DNA of 64,000 nt from Sphaerodactylus townsendi (GCF_021028975.2 NC_059440.1:30628001-30692000); one strand, 5' to 3'. Shown: positions 25,080 through 38,158, numbered from the stretch's first letter. Program-made: numbers and translations. Notes: generated from the letters alone by a model not told the origin.

Positions 25080-27182
25080 GTGAGAGGGTTGGGCCTGGCA
25101 GGGGGGCCTAGCAGGGGAGGGAAGGAAACCCCACACCTGACCCACAGATGTTTGCAGTCTTCAGAGGTGGATCACGGCAGAGGGACAACTTGCAAACCCC
25201 TTCAATAACAAATAAAACAGGGAATTGGCGGTCTACTTGAGCCCTTGTCTTGCCCGTGTGCTGGAATTCTTTTCTTCAGGAGAATGGTTGGTTATCCTCA
25301 AGATAGTCCTACTTAGTGGGAATGGGTTTTTTTTTTTTAAGCTATGAAGGTGCATTCATTCCCCTTTGTGTTAGGAAGCTGCACACGTAAACATTTGGAT
25401 TCAGTTAGCGGGTGCCCTCGCCAGGACAGGGGAGCCAGGACATGACAGTGCTGGGGAAGCTCTACAAGCGAGGGTTGCCAATTGTTCACCCAGCCCTTGT
25501 TGCTCTGCATTTAATAACAGCGGTTAAAAATGGGAAAATGTTGAGTTTAGGGAGATACAGCAATATATGATGAAAAACAAGTTTAAAAACTAGCATATGT
25601 GTGGGGTATGGTCGGGAGCCTTTAAGGGAAGAAGAAGAAAAAATGGGTGGTTGCTCATGCTTTACAGTCCTTTTACAGCACTTTGCAGCAGTGCCAGGAG
25701 CAGACCACTTTCTGTTCCGATCTGCTTTCCCGCAGTCCTCAGAAACAGGCTGGGTGGGTCTCCTGACCCACTTGGCCTCCAGAGTCATTCTGAGGTTTCA
25801 TTGGACATCTTCCAAGTTTGTCTTCCGTCGTGCAGATATTTTCTGTAGGTTATTCGATATCTGCGTTCCATTCTCCCTTCATTCCAGTTTAACTGGAAAA
25901 ATGCCTAAAGTGAACAGATCGGGGGTTTTTTTGGCGGTTCCTGCATTTTGTTTGCATCTTCTCCTCCCCCTCTGCATTCGCACACTGTGCAAAGCAAACA
26001 CAGCAAAAGCGACAGTTTTGTTCCAATCAGGTGCGCAATTGTTGTTCCAAAAGGTTTTCCCCATATCTTTTTATTGCTGCAATTGCTCACTCCTGTCCAC
26101 CAGGAAGACATCACAGCAAAAGAACCTGGAGTTAGCTGTAATCACAAGTGCATCAGGTTACTTCCTTAACGCAAAGCTGTGCATTAGTGATGTAGCAGAA
26201 GGCGAGATGTATTGGTACTTTGAAGGTCTTGTGGCAAACTGTCCATGCACAGAGGCTATATACAGACTCAGAGGGTGGCTGCATTGGTCTGCAATAGCTG
26301 GGTTTGCATCCAGCAGCACCTGAAGAGACCAACAAGATTCTCTGACTGTGATCTTGTGAGCGTCAAAGATCTTGTCATGGAGTTGAAATGGCAGCCTCAA
26401 GTTTAAACCAAACCGGCCAGCTCTCTGAAAAGGTCCCTCTCAGCCTTGCTAACATGCCCTGGCTGACGTTTTGGTGATGTTCAGTAAGCACAACTTCCAA
26501 TCGGCAGACCTGTGAGGCGCTTACAGTTCTGTCTGAAGGGTTTTGGCGGCTGGTGAGAGATGGACCAAAAAATGCACAAGCCTTTTCTTGGAAGTTGTGG
26601 TTTGTGAACTCCTCCTCCTCCTCCTCCTCCCCCACCCCTCCCCACATTTGCGCGCACACCCTCACTACCACCTAGCCGATGATCCTCCTCCCAGGCCCTT
26701 CACCCGGCTGGCCCTTGCCAGAGTCCCAGCAACAGCTGTTTCCCTCGCTGCATTCCTGGGGGCTCTCTCACTCCCGCCTGCTGGCACGATCGGTTTCTTC
26801 CCACCGCTTCTAAGCCGGCTGCCCCTTGTAAAATGTTCTGGGTATCAGAGAGGATCTGTTTACTGGCTCTCCAGAGTTACAAGGGGGCGTTCTGGCAAGA
26901 AACAGGAGGGGAAAAGAAAGCCCCAACTCACCTGGGGGTTGAAATCCAGCCACCAGGCAGGTAGCCTTTCCTTTTCCGCTTCCAGTCTTTCCTCCCTCTC
27001 TTGCTCAACATTTTGGGAAGGGGGTTGTCTGTTTAATGCTGCTCTCTGGCCCAAAATTGCCCCCCAAATTGTCTTGCAGCTGGGTAAAAGTCAGAGGGGC
27101 TCGGCTGGACCTGTGTCCAGGTTTGACTGAAGGATGCCCGGCTCTTCTTCCTCCAGCCACCCTCAGCAATAGTGGTCACCAG

Positions 27183-27480
27183 GAGGGGTTGTAGCTCAGC
27201 AGAAGAGCCTCTGGTTGGCACGCAGATTCAACCCCCAGCATCCCCGCCTGAAAAGGCCAGGCGGAAGGACCCATCTCTGCCTTCAACCATAGGTGTCAAA
27301 CTTGCGGCCCTCCAGATGTTATGGACTACAGTTCTCATCATCCCCTGCCAGCATTATGCTGGGAACTGTAGTCCATCACATCTGGTGGGCCGCAAGTTTG
27401 ACACCTGTGCCTTAGACCCTGGAGAGCTGCAGTCAGACAGATAATACTGGTCAGGGCTTGGTTGAGTGTGTTCATATGTT
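27183..27480 (+). mobile_element. Older tRNA-derived SINE interrupted by a MITE
   Basis: Head ggggttgtagctcagcagaagagc...ttcaaccccc; the body resumes at gaccctggagagctgc...aatactg after the MITE. Related copies at about 24428-24550 (+) and 36322-36512 (-). Confidence 0.65.
27288..27409. mobile_element. Palindromic hAT MITE (CATAGGTGTCAAAC terminus)
   Basis: Inverted arms; TSD ccttcaac/ccttagac. Confidence 0.85.
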
Positions 27481-29167
27481 CCTTGGAGGGAGGGGCTGGA
27501 GTTGCTGGACGGGGCCCCAACTTGAGAATGAAGCAGCAGCAGCATGATGGAAACTGCTGGACTTCCCCCTCCCCCCTCCGGCCACTCAATCTGAGGCTGC
27601 CTGGAGGTCAGCGGTGACTGTGAACATGTTGAGATATTTGAAGGACGATCCTGGCGTCCTCCCTGAGGGGAGGGGAGCTTCTCCCAGTGGGTCATGAGGA
27701 GTGTGAGCCAGGTGGAGGGGGTCACAGGCAGGGTCTCCCCTTGGGATATGACTGGCGCACTGCTTGGTCTTTGCCGTTCTGTCGGGTTTGGGGTCGTCCC
27801 AAAGTGTTTTTGATGCAGTCCCTGTCTCTCTTTAGAAGAGGTGCCGGTTGCTTCCAGAAGTTCCAACTTTCGTGTGTGTGTGTCTGTGTCTGTGTGTGTC
27901 TGTGTGTGGAGATGGGCAGCCACCCAGAGATGGCATGAAATCAGTGCCAGCCCACGTGGGAAGTCATGCAGGTAAAGAGAGCAGTCAGAGGTAGTGAAAC
28001 CCAACCTCCCATGCGTTGCTGTTGCTGGAAGCAGGCTCAAAAGGTTCGGCTCAGCACGGTCTACTGTTTGACCGAATTACGGCTCCCTCACTTGCCCGCC
28101 CGCCCATCCATCTTCCCCACCATCAAGTCCTTATTAAACCACAGAAGCTCCTGGGCTTTTCCCACAAACAGGGCGCCCACCTGACCTCCCTTCTGACTGA
28201 CAAATTGTGGGAGCTGACCCAGAGCCGCCCTAATTCACTCCAGCTTCTCCCTGGCAGGGAAGCGTCTGCAGCTGTTGTGCTAGAAGGGGTGTGATGCGGC
28301 TACCTTCCACAGGCCCTGCTTCTCTGCGCTGGTGTGTGGAGCAGGTCCTTTTTCTGCCTGGGGGCAGGGAGGGGATGCAGAGGGCTGAAGCGCTTTGTGA
28401 AAAAGAAAGGAAGCTACCAGACATGGACTCCAAGTGATGCTGAAAAAATAGTACATCAGAGTGGATATTAAATGATGCCCTGGCCACACACCCACGCCCC
28501 CGGAAGCCCCCCTGCTTTTAATTATTTTTTGGCCATATACTTAATGATGCACATCCATCCCAGGCAATTGGCTGTTCCTGTACTGACCTCACCTAGGGAA
28601 GTCTAGCCTCCGGCTTCCTTGAGCCTCCGTGATGTCAGCCAAGTATCGAGCCAACTCTGAGGGACATGGGATCCTTTCCTATTGGGATCTCCCCACCTAA
28701 CAAATTCAGGAAAGCAAAATTATAGTGAAGTTGTGAAGATGGGACAGGGAAATGGATGACGGAAGTAGCAATTACAGCGACCCACTCTGACTGGGATCCT
28801 AAAAGTATTTTCACTAGCTACATGCTTTTTGGAACACATTTCGGCCTCAATGCCTACCCCACATTTTGGTCCTGAAAATAAAAAATGGCAGACCATTTTC
28901 AGCAATATACCTTGATTCTGCATGCCCACATGCTGGTGTTCTTTGGTCTCCCAGTATTAAGACTTGTGGATTTGTTTCTCCTTTCCAGCATCTCAGGCAT
29001 GAATCCTGTCCTTCCTCTCAAATCATTGATCAAGACATTGAAAAGACTTATAACCTCCTGTGATAGTGTGTGGATTGTGTACCTCTGTTGCTTGCCATTA
29101 GTGCAAGTACCCCAACAATTTATCCTGGGTTTTGCTTCTTTGCTGAGAGTTCAATCTGTGGGAATCC

Positions 29168-29185
29168 GTGTGCGTGCGTGCGTGC

Positions 29186-29241
<56 letters not shown>
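29168..29241. repeat. Compound microsatellite (GTGC)n(GT)n(GA)n
   Basis: Directly visible. Confidence 0.95.
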
Positions 29242-29245
<4 letters not shown>

Positions 29246-29950
29246 CATCCACGAGATTTCCTGATTGAGTGATCCCTGGCCACCATGCTCACACACCCAC
29301 CCTCTGATTATCTCTACCTTGAAAAACCCACAGGGTCCCTATAAGTTGGTTGGGACTTGATGGCATTTTCCACCACCATCACAAATCAGGTATCAGATCT
29401 GGGAAGTGCCTTTTTCTGCCTGAAACCCTGGAGAATCTCTACCATACTGGATAGATAATATTTGGCTGGATGAATGAAGACCCCTGCATATGATATCTGC
29501 TTGGAACCTCCACACTCAGGGACAGCATATCTCTGAATATCGTAGGCTGGGGGCTACATAAGGGGAAAGGCCCCCCCCCCCCCCATGTCATCTGAGGCAC
29601 CTGAGTCCACGGACCCATTTACTGCTTTATTGTTATTCAAGGTTATGGATTTTTAAGTATTTTAAGTCTCATGCATTTGAGTCATGGAGAAACGGTCCGA
29701 TACAAATGTTTTAACAAATAGAGAGGTCGTCTCTAGCCTTGATTAACTTTGGCCTGATCCAGAAAGCTCATTTTTTTCACTCTGGATATTTAAAAAAATT
29801 AAATTTTGGATTCTTTCTAAAATTGTTTTAGCATCTCTAAAACTCACACTTCTAGGATGAGTTTTTGGTCCTAAGTAATTGCAGGTGTTTGTGCAGGAGA
29901 GCTGCTGCATACACATATATATATATTGTTGCTGTTGTTGTTGTTGGTGC

Positions 29951-30242
29951 NNNNNNNNNNNNNNNNNNNNNNNNNNNNNNNNNNNNNNNNNNNNNNNNNN
30001 NNNNNNNNNNNNNNNNNNNNNNNNNNNNNNNNNNNNNNNNNNNNNNNNNNNNNNNNNNNNNNNNNNNNNNNNNNNNNNNNNNNNNNNNNNNNNNNNNNNN
30101 NNNNNNNNNNNNNNNNNNNNNNNNNNNNNNNNNNNNNNNNNNNNNNNNNNNNNNNNNNNNNNNNNNNNNNNNNNNNNNNNNNNNNNNNNNNNNNNNNNNN
30201 NNNNNNNNNNNNNNNNNNNNNNNNNNNNNNNNNNNNNNNNNN
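29951..30242. other. Assembly gap
   Basis: Run of N following a (GTT)n tract. Confidence 1.
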
Positions 30243-32272
30243 TCTCAACCAAGGACTTTTCCATCTGTTCTTCCCTGGCAGATGGCAGAAACAGAAGTAA
30301 GGACAAAATGGAAGGAAGGAGGGAGGAATAGAATCCCCTCCACACACAAAAAAAACCTAGGGGTTTCTCCTACACATTGGTGTCCTTGTTGCTTAAGCTA
30401 CGTAATTGTTTTGTTTGTCAGTCTGTCTTCCCTGCACTGTAATTTCAGGCTGAATATTCCTTGGCTCTCCTTCCTTGTTGTATACAAAACCACAATCTCT
30501 GTGGGAAATATATTCATCCCGTAGCCAAGGGTCAAACACAAATCCACTGGATGAAATTCCAGTGGCCGAAATGCCTGGGCTGCCATCTTGGCTCTTGCAG
30601 GGTAGTGGTGCAGAGACCCTAGTCCCATGTCAAGCCCCGTTGGCCTAGAGGGGCCTAGAGGAGGGGCTGGAATCACAAATTAGAAATAAAAATTCCTCCC
30701 AGTATCTCCTTCCTCTCCTGTCTCTGAACTGCAGATTTGGTATTGGGACACACCTGGGTCACAATTTTTTCAGTGGGTAACAGCATCCCCCTGGCAGGTG
30801 AGAATCTTTTAATATTTATAAAACCTTAAATTGTGGTTAAATGAGTGTATTCTTTGAAGAGGGGCTCATGTTACCATTTCCGTGCTCAATGCCATATATT
30901 TAAACCACCAAATAAATGATATACGAGTGCAAAAGAAAAAAGTATTTGGCCACCTTTCAAAGGTTGGGCAAGAGGGAGGATGGTGGGGATAATTTTAGGA
31001 CACTCTCTTAGCTTCTCTTCACCCTTTTCTCACTGTCACCAAGGAAGTATTGGTAAATAGTAGGCATAGGGGAGGAGTCCACTCTCATTGTAAATTTAAG
31101 CCCCCCTCCCCCCCACTAGGACACTTCTCTCTTTAATTCTCCATGACAGATAGTATATAGAAACTCTGTGACATGTTGGGATCTTCCATGCTTAGAGGTT
31201 GCTTGAGCTTTTTAGCAGTTGGAGACCAGCTTCTAGATCCCCAATTGCTGGCAGGCTTACACTCCCTGTGGTTTCTAGTAGGAGGTACTCTGGGTACTCT
31301 GGTCCTTCTGGGTAATAGGGGCTTTAGATCTACAGTGGCCCCTAATGCAGCAAGACAAAATTCCTGTGCATTATGCCCCAACTTAAATCGTACAAAAACA
31401 CCTGGGTTTTTATGATCGCAAAGTTCGAAGAACTATCTTTAACCCCTTTAAAGCTTAACACTCTTTGTTGGAATTGTAGCCATGTAGGGAAACCTTAGTC
31501 ATTCTCAAAACGATTTGGAACCGTTTGCCTAACAGAAAACACTTGGAGCTCTAAAGGAATGGTGGACATGGAAAAGAAAGAGACAATGAATGGTATTGAG
31601 TTTTTTACCCTTTTAATCCGCTCATTCTCTAAGGGTATGGATTAAACGCCCTCCTGGTTACCAGGTAAGGCAAGTGCATGGGGCCAGCGGTTTCAGCCTC
31701 GCCGGCCACCGGGAAAGCGCCTGGTTTGCTCCAATAGTTTTGGTGAGAGGGGAAAGCCCTAGTACTGCCCTGTGCTGCGGGCTATGGAGTAGTTGTATGC
31801 CCGCTCTGTTGCCTGCAGGGTAGGCAAGGTTGGGGCCAGCGTTTTGGCTCATGGAGCCGCAGTGCAAGGGCAGAAGAGCCGCATGCGGCTCTCGAGCCGC
31901 AGGTTCCCTACCCCTGGACTAGGCCAAGAGAGGGTCACATAAACTAACACCCTTTCCCAGTTGTGGTCACCCAGATCTTTCTAGGGAACCCAAAGCTCTC
32001 TGCCCTGCTGATCTCTCCAGGCATCTGATGTTCAAAGATATGCTTCACTTGAACATGGAGGAGCCATGCCCACATTTGAGTTCCTCACTGCCAGTCTGAG
32101 AAATCGATTCACTGAGATGTGTGATTCTCCAAGAGCGAGATGCCGCCAACCACGTTGTCTGCTGAGAAATGAGAGGTCAACCCCAGCAGCTCTGCTTGGG
32201 GCTGGGCCCAGTGCAAGGCTGTGGGTGTTTGGGGTGTCCATTCATACTGACCCTGATGCCAGTCCTGCTAGT

Positions 32273-32398
32273 CAGGGGTCTGCAACATGTGGCTCTCCAG
32301 ATGTTCATGGACTACAATTTCCATCAGCCCCTGCCAGCATGGCCAATTGGGAATTGTAGTCCATGAACATCTGGAGAGCCACAGGTTGCAGATCCCTG
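32273..32398. mobile_element. Palindromic hAT MITE (CAGGGGTCTGCAAC terminus)
   Basis: Inverted arms caggggtctgcaac...gttgcagatccctg; tgctag on both flanks. Confidence 0.85.
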
Positions 32399-33261
32399 TG
32401 CTAGCTGAATGCTTTCTGCTCCTCCAGCTGGTATCTCACCAAGATCATAGGCCTTTAGGTCTTTCTACCATCCTGCTGTCTGAGATTCTTCTAAATGGAG
32501 GTGCCAGGGACTCATCCTTTGAGTAGATGGCAAATTTACTAGTAAATATTTTTTTTAAAAAAAAAAATTAATGCCAGCAGAGATCTAAGATAGGACTTTT
32601 TTTATTTAGTCTGGACGGCTGAGGACTGATCTGTGTTGCAGGAGGCAGAAAAGGCGAAGGGGCTGTTTGGGGGGCGCGTATGCTGCTGAGAAAGACGAAG
32701 CTACAGCTTTTGCGATGTTTTGAGAAATTCATCTGGGGGCCTCTCCTGGGCCTAAAGGGCTAAGAAACATGATTAAATTTCACAGCAACAGAGGGGGAAA
32801 ATTGAACAAAAACTCGAGCCTGAAAGGCAAAGCAAGTGGGCCGGGGAGTCTGGGGGAGGGAGGCGTGAAGCCGGCCTTAAGAAATGCCTGTTGGCAGAAG
32901 ATGTTTTTTAGATGGACCATTGGAAGGTGGATAGCAGCGTTACTTTGGGGGAGCCCGACTGGACATTGCTGTCTTTCTACCTCAAGCCAATCTCTAAGTG
33001 ACTCAGCCCCCAAACTCTCCTCCCAACTAGGGAATCAGAATTTGGCTGCCCATAGTGGTCATGTATAAAAGTCTGGCTGGCCAATGACAGGCCTGGCGCT
33101 ACCTGTCCCCTCTTCCGGAGAACGTGCTGGGCGAGGCAGGCAGTGCTTTGGATCTCCCCTTGCACAGTATCCTGCCCTCCTTGGAACTGGGGATGCCCCC
33201 GGGGTTCTAGAATCTTCCCGCCTTTGCCTGAGTCACCCGTGTCGCCCTCTCTGTCCCGCAG

Positions 33262-33427
33262 GTCTGGTTCAGCAACCGAAGAGCCCGGTGGCGCAAGCAA
33301 GCAGGGGCCAACCAGCTGGCTGCTTTCAACCACCTCTTGCCAGGGGGATTCCCGCCCACTGGGATGCCAGCCTTGCCACCCTACCAGCTGCCAGACTCGA
33401 CCTATCCAACAGCTGCAATTTCCCAAG
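33262..33427 (+). CDS. PAX7: PAX7 coding exon (human exon 6 equivalent): homeodomain recognition helix (Ser50) and start of the P/S/T-rich region
   Basis: Acceptor ccctctctgtcccgcAG and donor CAAG|gtgact; 166 bp, joined in phase 0 to the previous exon. Encodes [55 protein letters not shown]. The intron between homeodomain positions 46 and 47 is typical of PRD-class genes. Confidence 0.97.
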
Positions 33428-33467
33428 GTGACTGCAGAGGGTGTGGGAAGGGGAAGGGCTTGTCTAC

Positions 33468-33492
33468 CTGCTGCTGCTGCTGCTGCTGCTGC
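33468..33492. repeat. (CTG)8 microsatellite 40 nt into intron 6
   Basis: Directly visible. Confidence 0.9.
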
Positions 33493-33536
33493 ACCTCCTT
33501 GATCCAGTCTGATTCTCCTTCCTTTCCCATTTGCCT

Positions 33537-33835
33537 AGCGGCGTAGGAGGTTAAGAGCTCGTGTATCTAATATGGAGGAACCAGGTTTGATTCCCAGCTC
33601 TGCCGCCTGAGCTGTGGAGGCTTCTCTGGGGAATTCAGATTGGCCTGTGCACTCCCACACACGCCAGCTGGGTGACCTTGGGCTAGTCACAGCTTCTCGG
33701 AGCTCTCTCAGCCCCACCTACCTCTCAGGGTGGCTTGCTGTGAGTGGGCGCGTGGAGCCGGAGCCTGTCAGCCCCTTTGAGTCTCCTGCAGGAGAGAAAG
33801 GGGGGATATAAATCCAAACTCTACTTCTTCTTCTT
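33537..33835 (+). mobile_element. tRNA-derived CORE SINE (Squam3-like)
   Basis: A box (ggcgtaggagg), B box (ggtttgattccc), CORE gctgggtgaccttgggctagtcac and (TTC)n tail; near-identical to the 52973 and 56640 copies. Confidence 0.9.
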
Positions 33836-34521
33836 TGCAAGCGACTCTGTATGTCCCCAGTGCAATGCTGGGTAGGCCTCTTTGTCCCAAGAGTGCAAGA
33901 TTAATTTGCAGCAAGATTTTAGGGGAGTGAAAAGTTCTGCCGTCCCTGCCTCTCCGTAGGTCTTTCTGTCCCTCACCTCCCACAGACAGATACATGATGT
34001 GCCACACCTTAAAAGACAACAAGACAAACATTTCCCCTTCATTAGCTTTACCTTCCCCTCTTTCTCCCACCCTAAGTGAACCGCCCCTGCCCACCTATCT
34101 GCCCCACCTTTAGACTTCCCTTGCTAAATCCTTTGGACACTGGATTCCTCCTACTTCCCTCCACAAAGTGTAGCCAAAGACAGCACAGTTTTGTTGTGCG
34201 GGATGTGGGAAGCTCGGTGGGTTATTGTGCAATTAGCCCCCCCCACACACACACACACACACACACAATCACAATGGCATCTCCCAAGGTTCTGTGTGAG
34301 GATTTCCCTGACTTCATATTCACAAATAGAAGTCACTTTTTGTGTCAATCCTCCTTCAAAAGTATACATAGGTGCTCTTTCTATTAGTAGTAGTAGGGAG
34401 GTGGCCTAGGGAACTTGGGAAAGCAGTTGGCTCCCCAGCCCTAAATCTTTTCTCTCTACTGATCTAGGGATGAAGGCACTGCTTGTTCTTTTTTACTTGG
34501 CTCCTTTGTTCTCCTTGGTAG

Positions 34522-34728
34522 ATTTGGGGTGAACAGGCACTGTGCACAGACCCCAGCCTCTCCCGCCATCCACCATGCACCAGGGGGGTCTCGCAGCCGC
34601 TGCTGCAGACTCCAGCTCAGCTTATGGGGCTTGCATGTTTCTTCCAAGCTATTCGGACAAGCTCTTGCTGAATGTCACGGGCTCCTAAACCACAAGGAAC
34701 TGGTCAAGTAAATCTGGCCCTCTCTCCA
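34522..34728 (+). CDS. PAX7: PAX7 exon 7 homologue, disrupted in this sequence (in-frame stops and indels)
   Basis: 34539-34631 reads TVHRPQPLPPSTMHQGGLAAAAADSSSAYGA and is later followed by SYSD, matching PAX7 exon 7. Polypyrimidine tract plus AG at 34520-34521. In-frame TGA at 34530-34532 and TAA at 34686-34688; remnants of N-H/V-S-N-G-L-S-P codons precede GT at 34729 and 34733. The 3' boundary is approximate. Confidence 0.8.
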
Positions 34729-36321
34729 GTGGGTGTGCAGTATTTCTGTCATCTCCTTACGCCAGGTCATTCCTCATAGTTTGGAAATCCACATCACGCA
34801 TGCCTCAAACTTCATTAGACTCTCTATGGTTGTTCCTAAGGGGCTGGGACTTTCTGTTACAGCTCCTACCCATACAACCATGGTGCTTGCAGGAATCCGC
34901 TCAAGTGCAAAAGCCTGCCAGATGTATGCAGCTGCTGCTGTTCCCAATAGCAGCCCACTTGAAGCTATCAGCATGCCACGCCCTTCCCATCGTGGTAGGC
35001 ACTTTCCCAGCATTCTCCTGCTCTAGATTTCTTCCCAGGTGATGGAGTTCCAAATAATTTGCTCTTGCTTCCAAAATGGAGCTGATGGGAATCCTCCATA
35101 GCTTAATTTCTTTTAATTTCTGAATTTTGGATGGAACACTGTGTCAACGTGTGTGCACTTCTGGATTCTGCTACCTGGGGTGCCTTTCCTTTCTGCTCTT
35201 CTTCCCCATTCCATGCTGCTGGTATTCCTGCATTTAAAATTACTAATCATATAATTGTACATACAAACACACATGTTATACACTATTATTAAAGTGCAGA
35301 CCGCATGCAATCCTAATATAGCAAAACATTTATAAAATAAGTGGGGGGCTTTTATGCAGCGTTTTTTTGGGGGGTTCATCAAAAATGCAGATGGGGGGAA
35401 GACACAGGTTCAGCCCTGGCAAACAGCATATATGTTCTACTTCTCAAATTAATTTTAGAAATTCTCCTAGCTAAATGGGGAGGACAGAGGAGTGGGGTGT
35501 CATACAGAGAGTTTCCAAATCTACAAAGGCACAGAGCCTGAACAGGAGTCTGCTTGGCCACCGTCAGTAGACAGTACAAGCTGTCTGTTTGTTTCCATCT
35601 GCCTTGCTGAAGAGAAATGCATTCTCATGGGGGAAAGTGAGGACCTTGCTCTGATTCTCAGATGTGGAGTTTGCATGAAGAAATTCTCACACAGGGCCTT
35701 CAAGTCCTGTCTATGGCACTCCAAACAGACAAAGCCTTCGGCCTCCAGACTGCAGCTGTGAGGGTTGTGTTTCCCTGGGTGGACGGAGGTCTGATTTTGA
35801 CAAGATTACATCATCCTTCTGCAAATGCAGGCGGTGGTTTGTGATTGGTTGGTTGCTGCTGCAGGAAAATTTGGCCAGGAACTCTTAAATCGGGTTGAGC
35901 TGTTGTGTGAACGGTGAGATGTTTGCAGAAGCTGCGAACGACGGCTGTGGTTTGAGTTGCCAGCTCTGGATTTTGAAACTCTTGCCTTGTGGACCGGGAC
36001 AAGGGGGGATGTTGAGGCAAGCAGAGCATCTGGTAGATCGTAGTTTGGAGCGGAACAGAACCAGAGAGATAGTATGAGATCAATTGCCAACAGGTTGGCA
36101 ACTCTGAAGCAGCGGCGGAGGACAGGTTGTTTGATGTTATGTCTACTGTTGATATGGTACTCAAGTGATTAAGGTTTTCAACGGAAAGGATTACCTGTCT
36201 TAGTATTAACTAATTAAATGCATGTATATAATATCTATATATACATGATGCATGTGTACATGGAGAGAGAGAGAGAGAGCCTTTCAGTGAGCAAATCAAT
36301 TCCAAGTACAAACGGGAGCAC

Positions 36322-36512
36322 AAATGAAGCTACCTTACGCTGGTCCAGCAAGGTCAGTATTGTCTGCTCAGATCGGCAGCTGCTTTCTGGTCTCAAGAGG
36401 AAGTCACCCCCAACACTTGCTGGCTGGTCCTTCTCACTGGAGATGCCGGGGCTGAACCTGGGGCCTCCTGCATGCCCAGCAGAGGCTTCGCCCCTGAGCC
36501 ACAGCCCCTCCC
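36322..36512 (-). mobile_element. Older tRNA-derived SINE
   Basis: Reverse complement reads ggggaggggctgtggctcagggg...ccaggttcagccccggcatctccag (A- and B-box-like head). Confidence 0.65.
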
Positions 36513-36703
36513 CTCAGATCAATGATCAGCGTCAATCATACACCTGTACAAACTGCCTCCCCCCTCCAATTTTTGGAGAAAAGTTGTTTCAGCAGCATAG
36601 TTCAAATGAGCATCATGCTGCATTTTCAGGCCCAAGATGTGTTTTTTGGGGGGGTGAGGGGGGGTGAATTGCCCCAGAGCAGGAGGTGAGAAAGACCTTC
36701 CTG

Positions 36704-36902
36704 TCTGGGATGCCAACCTCCAGGAGCTCTCCTGAAATTACAGCTGATCTCCAAGTGACAGAGATCAATTTCCCCCGGAGACCACGGCAGCCTTGGAGGG
36801 AGACCTCTGTATGGCCCTGTGCCCTGCCGTCATCCCTCCCAACTTCCCCAGGTTTCACCCCCAAATCTCCAGGAATTTCTCAACCTGGAGTTGGCAACCC
36901 TA
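36704..36902. mobile_element. TAGGGTTGCCA-family MITE copy
   Basis: gggatgccaacc ... ttggcaacccta. Confidence 0.7.
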
Positions 36903-37109
36903 CTTTCCTTTCCACCCACTTCCTACCATGTACAAAGAAGTGGTGGGAGAGAGAAACAGGAGACAGACAAAGGAGAGGAGGCCCCGCTTGGCCTTCCCAC
37001 GCATCCGAAGGTCGGGGATTTCCCCAAAGGCCTTGTCCCTACATGGCGGTAAGCTGCAGCAATGAATCCTTATCCTCACCAACCCGGCCCTGGCAAATGT
37101 GCAAGCGGG

Positions 37110-37720
37110 CAGAGCCGGCCTCCCTTTCAGGGGGAAATCCGTAATGCCTCCCCCTGTGCAACTGTAATGCCAGGATGTTCCCAATCTGCTTTGAGGGATG
37201 GAGAGATTAAGAATAATAAAAAAATTGCAATAAAATATGTGTGAACGAGGGGGTAATTGTGGACAAATGTGGCATTCAAATTCATTTTTTCGGCTCCTTT
37301 ACTCACCATTTCAATCTTATTTTCTGCTTGTTAATGAGATCTTGTTGGTTGGGGTGGGCAGAGCTGCCCAGTTTTGCTGGGTAATTGCACGTAATTTTCT
37401 TTCCACTAGTGATTTGCATCTGATCTTTTTTTCCTAATTCTTTGCTATTTAACCCCCCCCCCCTCTTCTCTCCTCCCAAATCTCTCCCCCCCCTTCCCTC
37501 TCCTCCCTTCCCCTGGTCTGGCAAGACTCATTTTAAATGCTTATTACAGTCAGAGACACTTGGACAAAAAGAGAGAGAAATAGAGAGGCTAGGCTGAGCC
37601 CGTCTGCGTCAAGAACGGAGCCCGTGCGGTTGCGCTGCGCTTAAGTGACGTGACGCACTTGGCGGCAGGGAGACATTGTCAAAGATCAAATTCTTGGTCG
37701 TTTTTGTAAGGCAAGATTGT
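37110..37720. promoter_or_regulatory. Candidate intron-7 enhancer
   Basis: Repeat-free; multiple TAAT cores (gtaattg twice, gtaatg twice), gtgacgtgacg, and cattgtcaaagatcaaa (SOX- and TCF-like). Confidence 0.45.
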
Positions 37721-38158
37721 GGGTCAGCATTTTTGTGTGTGGAGGGGCAGACCTGCCTTGCTACAGCACTTAATTTTTGGAAACGTGAACGGTCGTAGCC
37801 AAAGGCTACCGATCTTGGTTCTCATAACCAATCGGGCAGGAATGCTGGTTCACTTTTAAGGAGAGGGAGAAAAAGCGATAACGCTCACTTTTCAGTCTCA
37901 TCTTAACAATGTGGCACACATATTTGAAAGCTCCTTCTACCAGGACAGGTCCTTCAGTCCAGAATTGCCTGCTCTTACCGGCAGCTGCTGTCCAAGGTAA
38001 GCCATTCCCAGCACCTGCAACCTGAGTTTGTTTAATAGGCCCAGTTGGAGAGCTGAACTACCCTCCATTCCTGAAATGACCCCCCCCCCCCTTTGTGGCT
38101 TCAGAGTCCCCCTCTAAATAGCGGGGTCCACTCTGACTCATTTCTATCCTGCTGGAGA

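Noticed and set aside
24654-25208. 184-aa ORF as a single-exon homeobox gene
   Set aside because: Only 24880-25079 is homologous and is bounded by splice sites; the rest is intron read-through.
25601-26323. 240-aa ORF, and similarly 5284-6024 and 27354-28040
   Set aside because: Intronic, no recognisable homology, and some cross repeats or microsatellites.
24880-33427. Assignment to PAX3
   Set aside because: Diagnostic residues ([34 protein letters not shown]) match PAX7.
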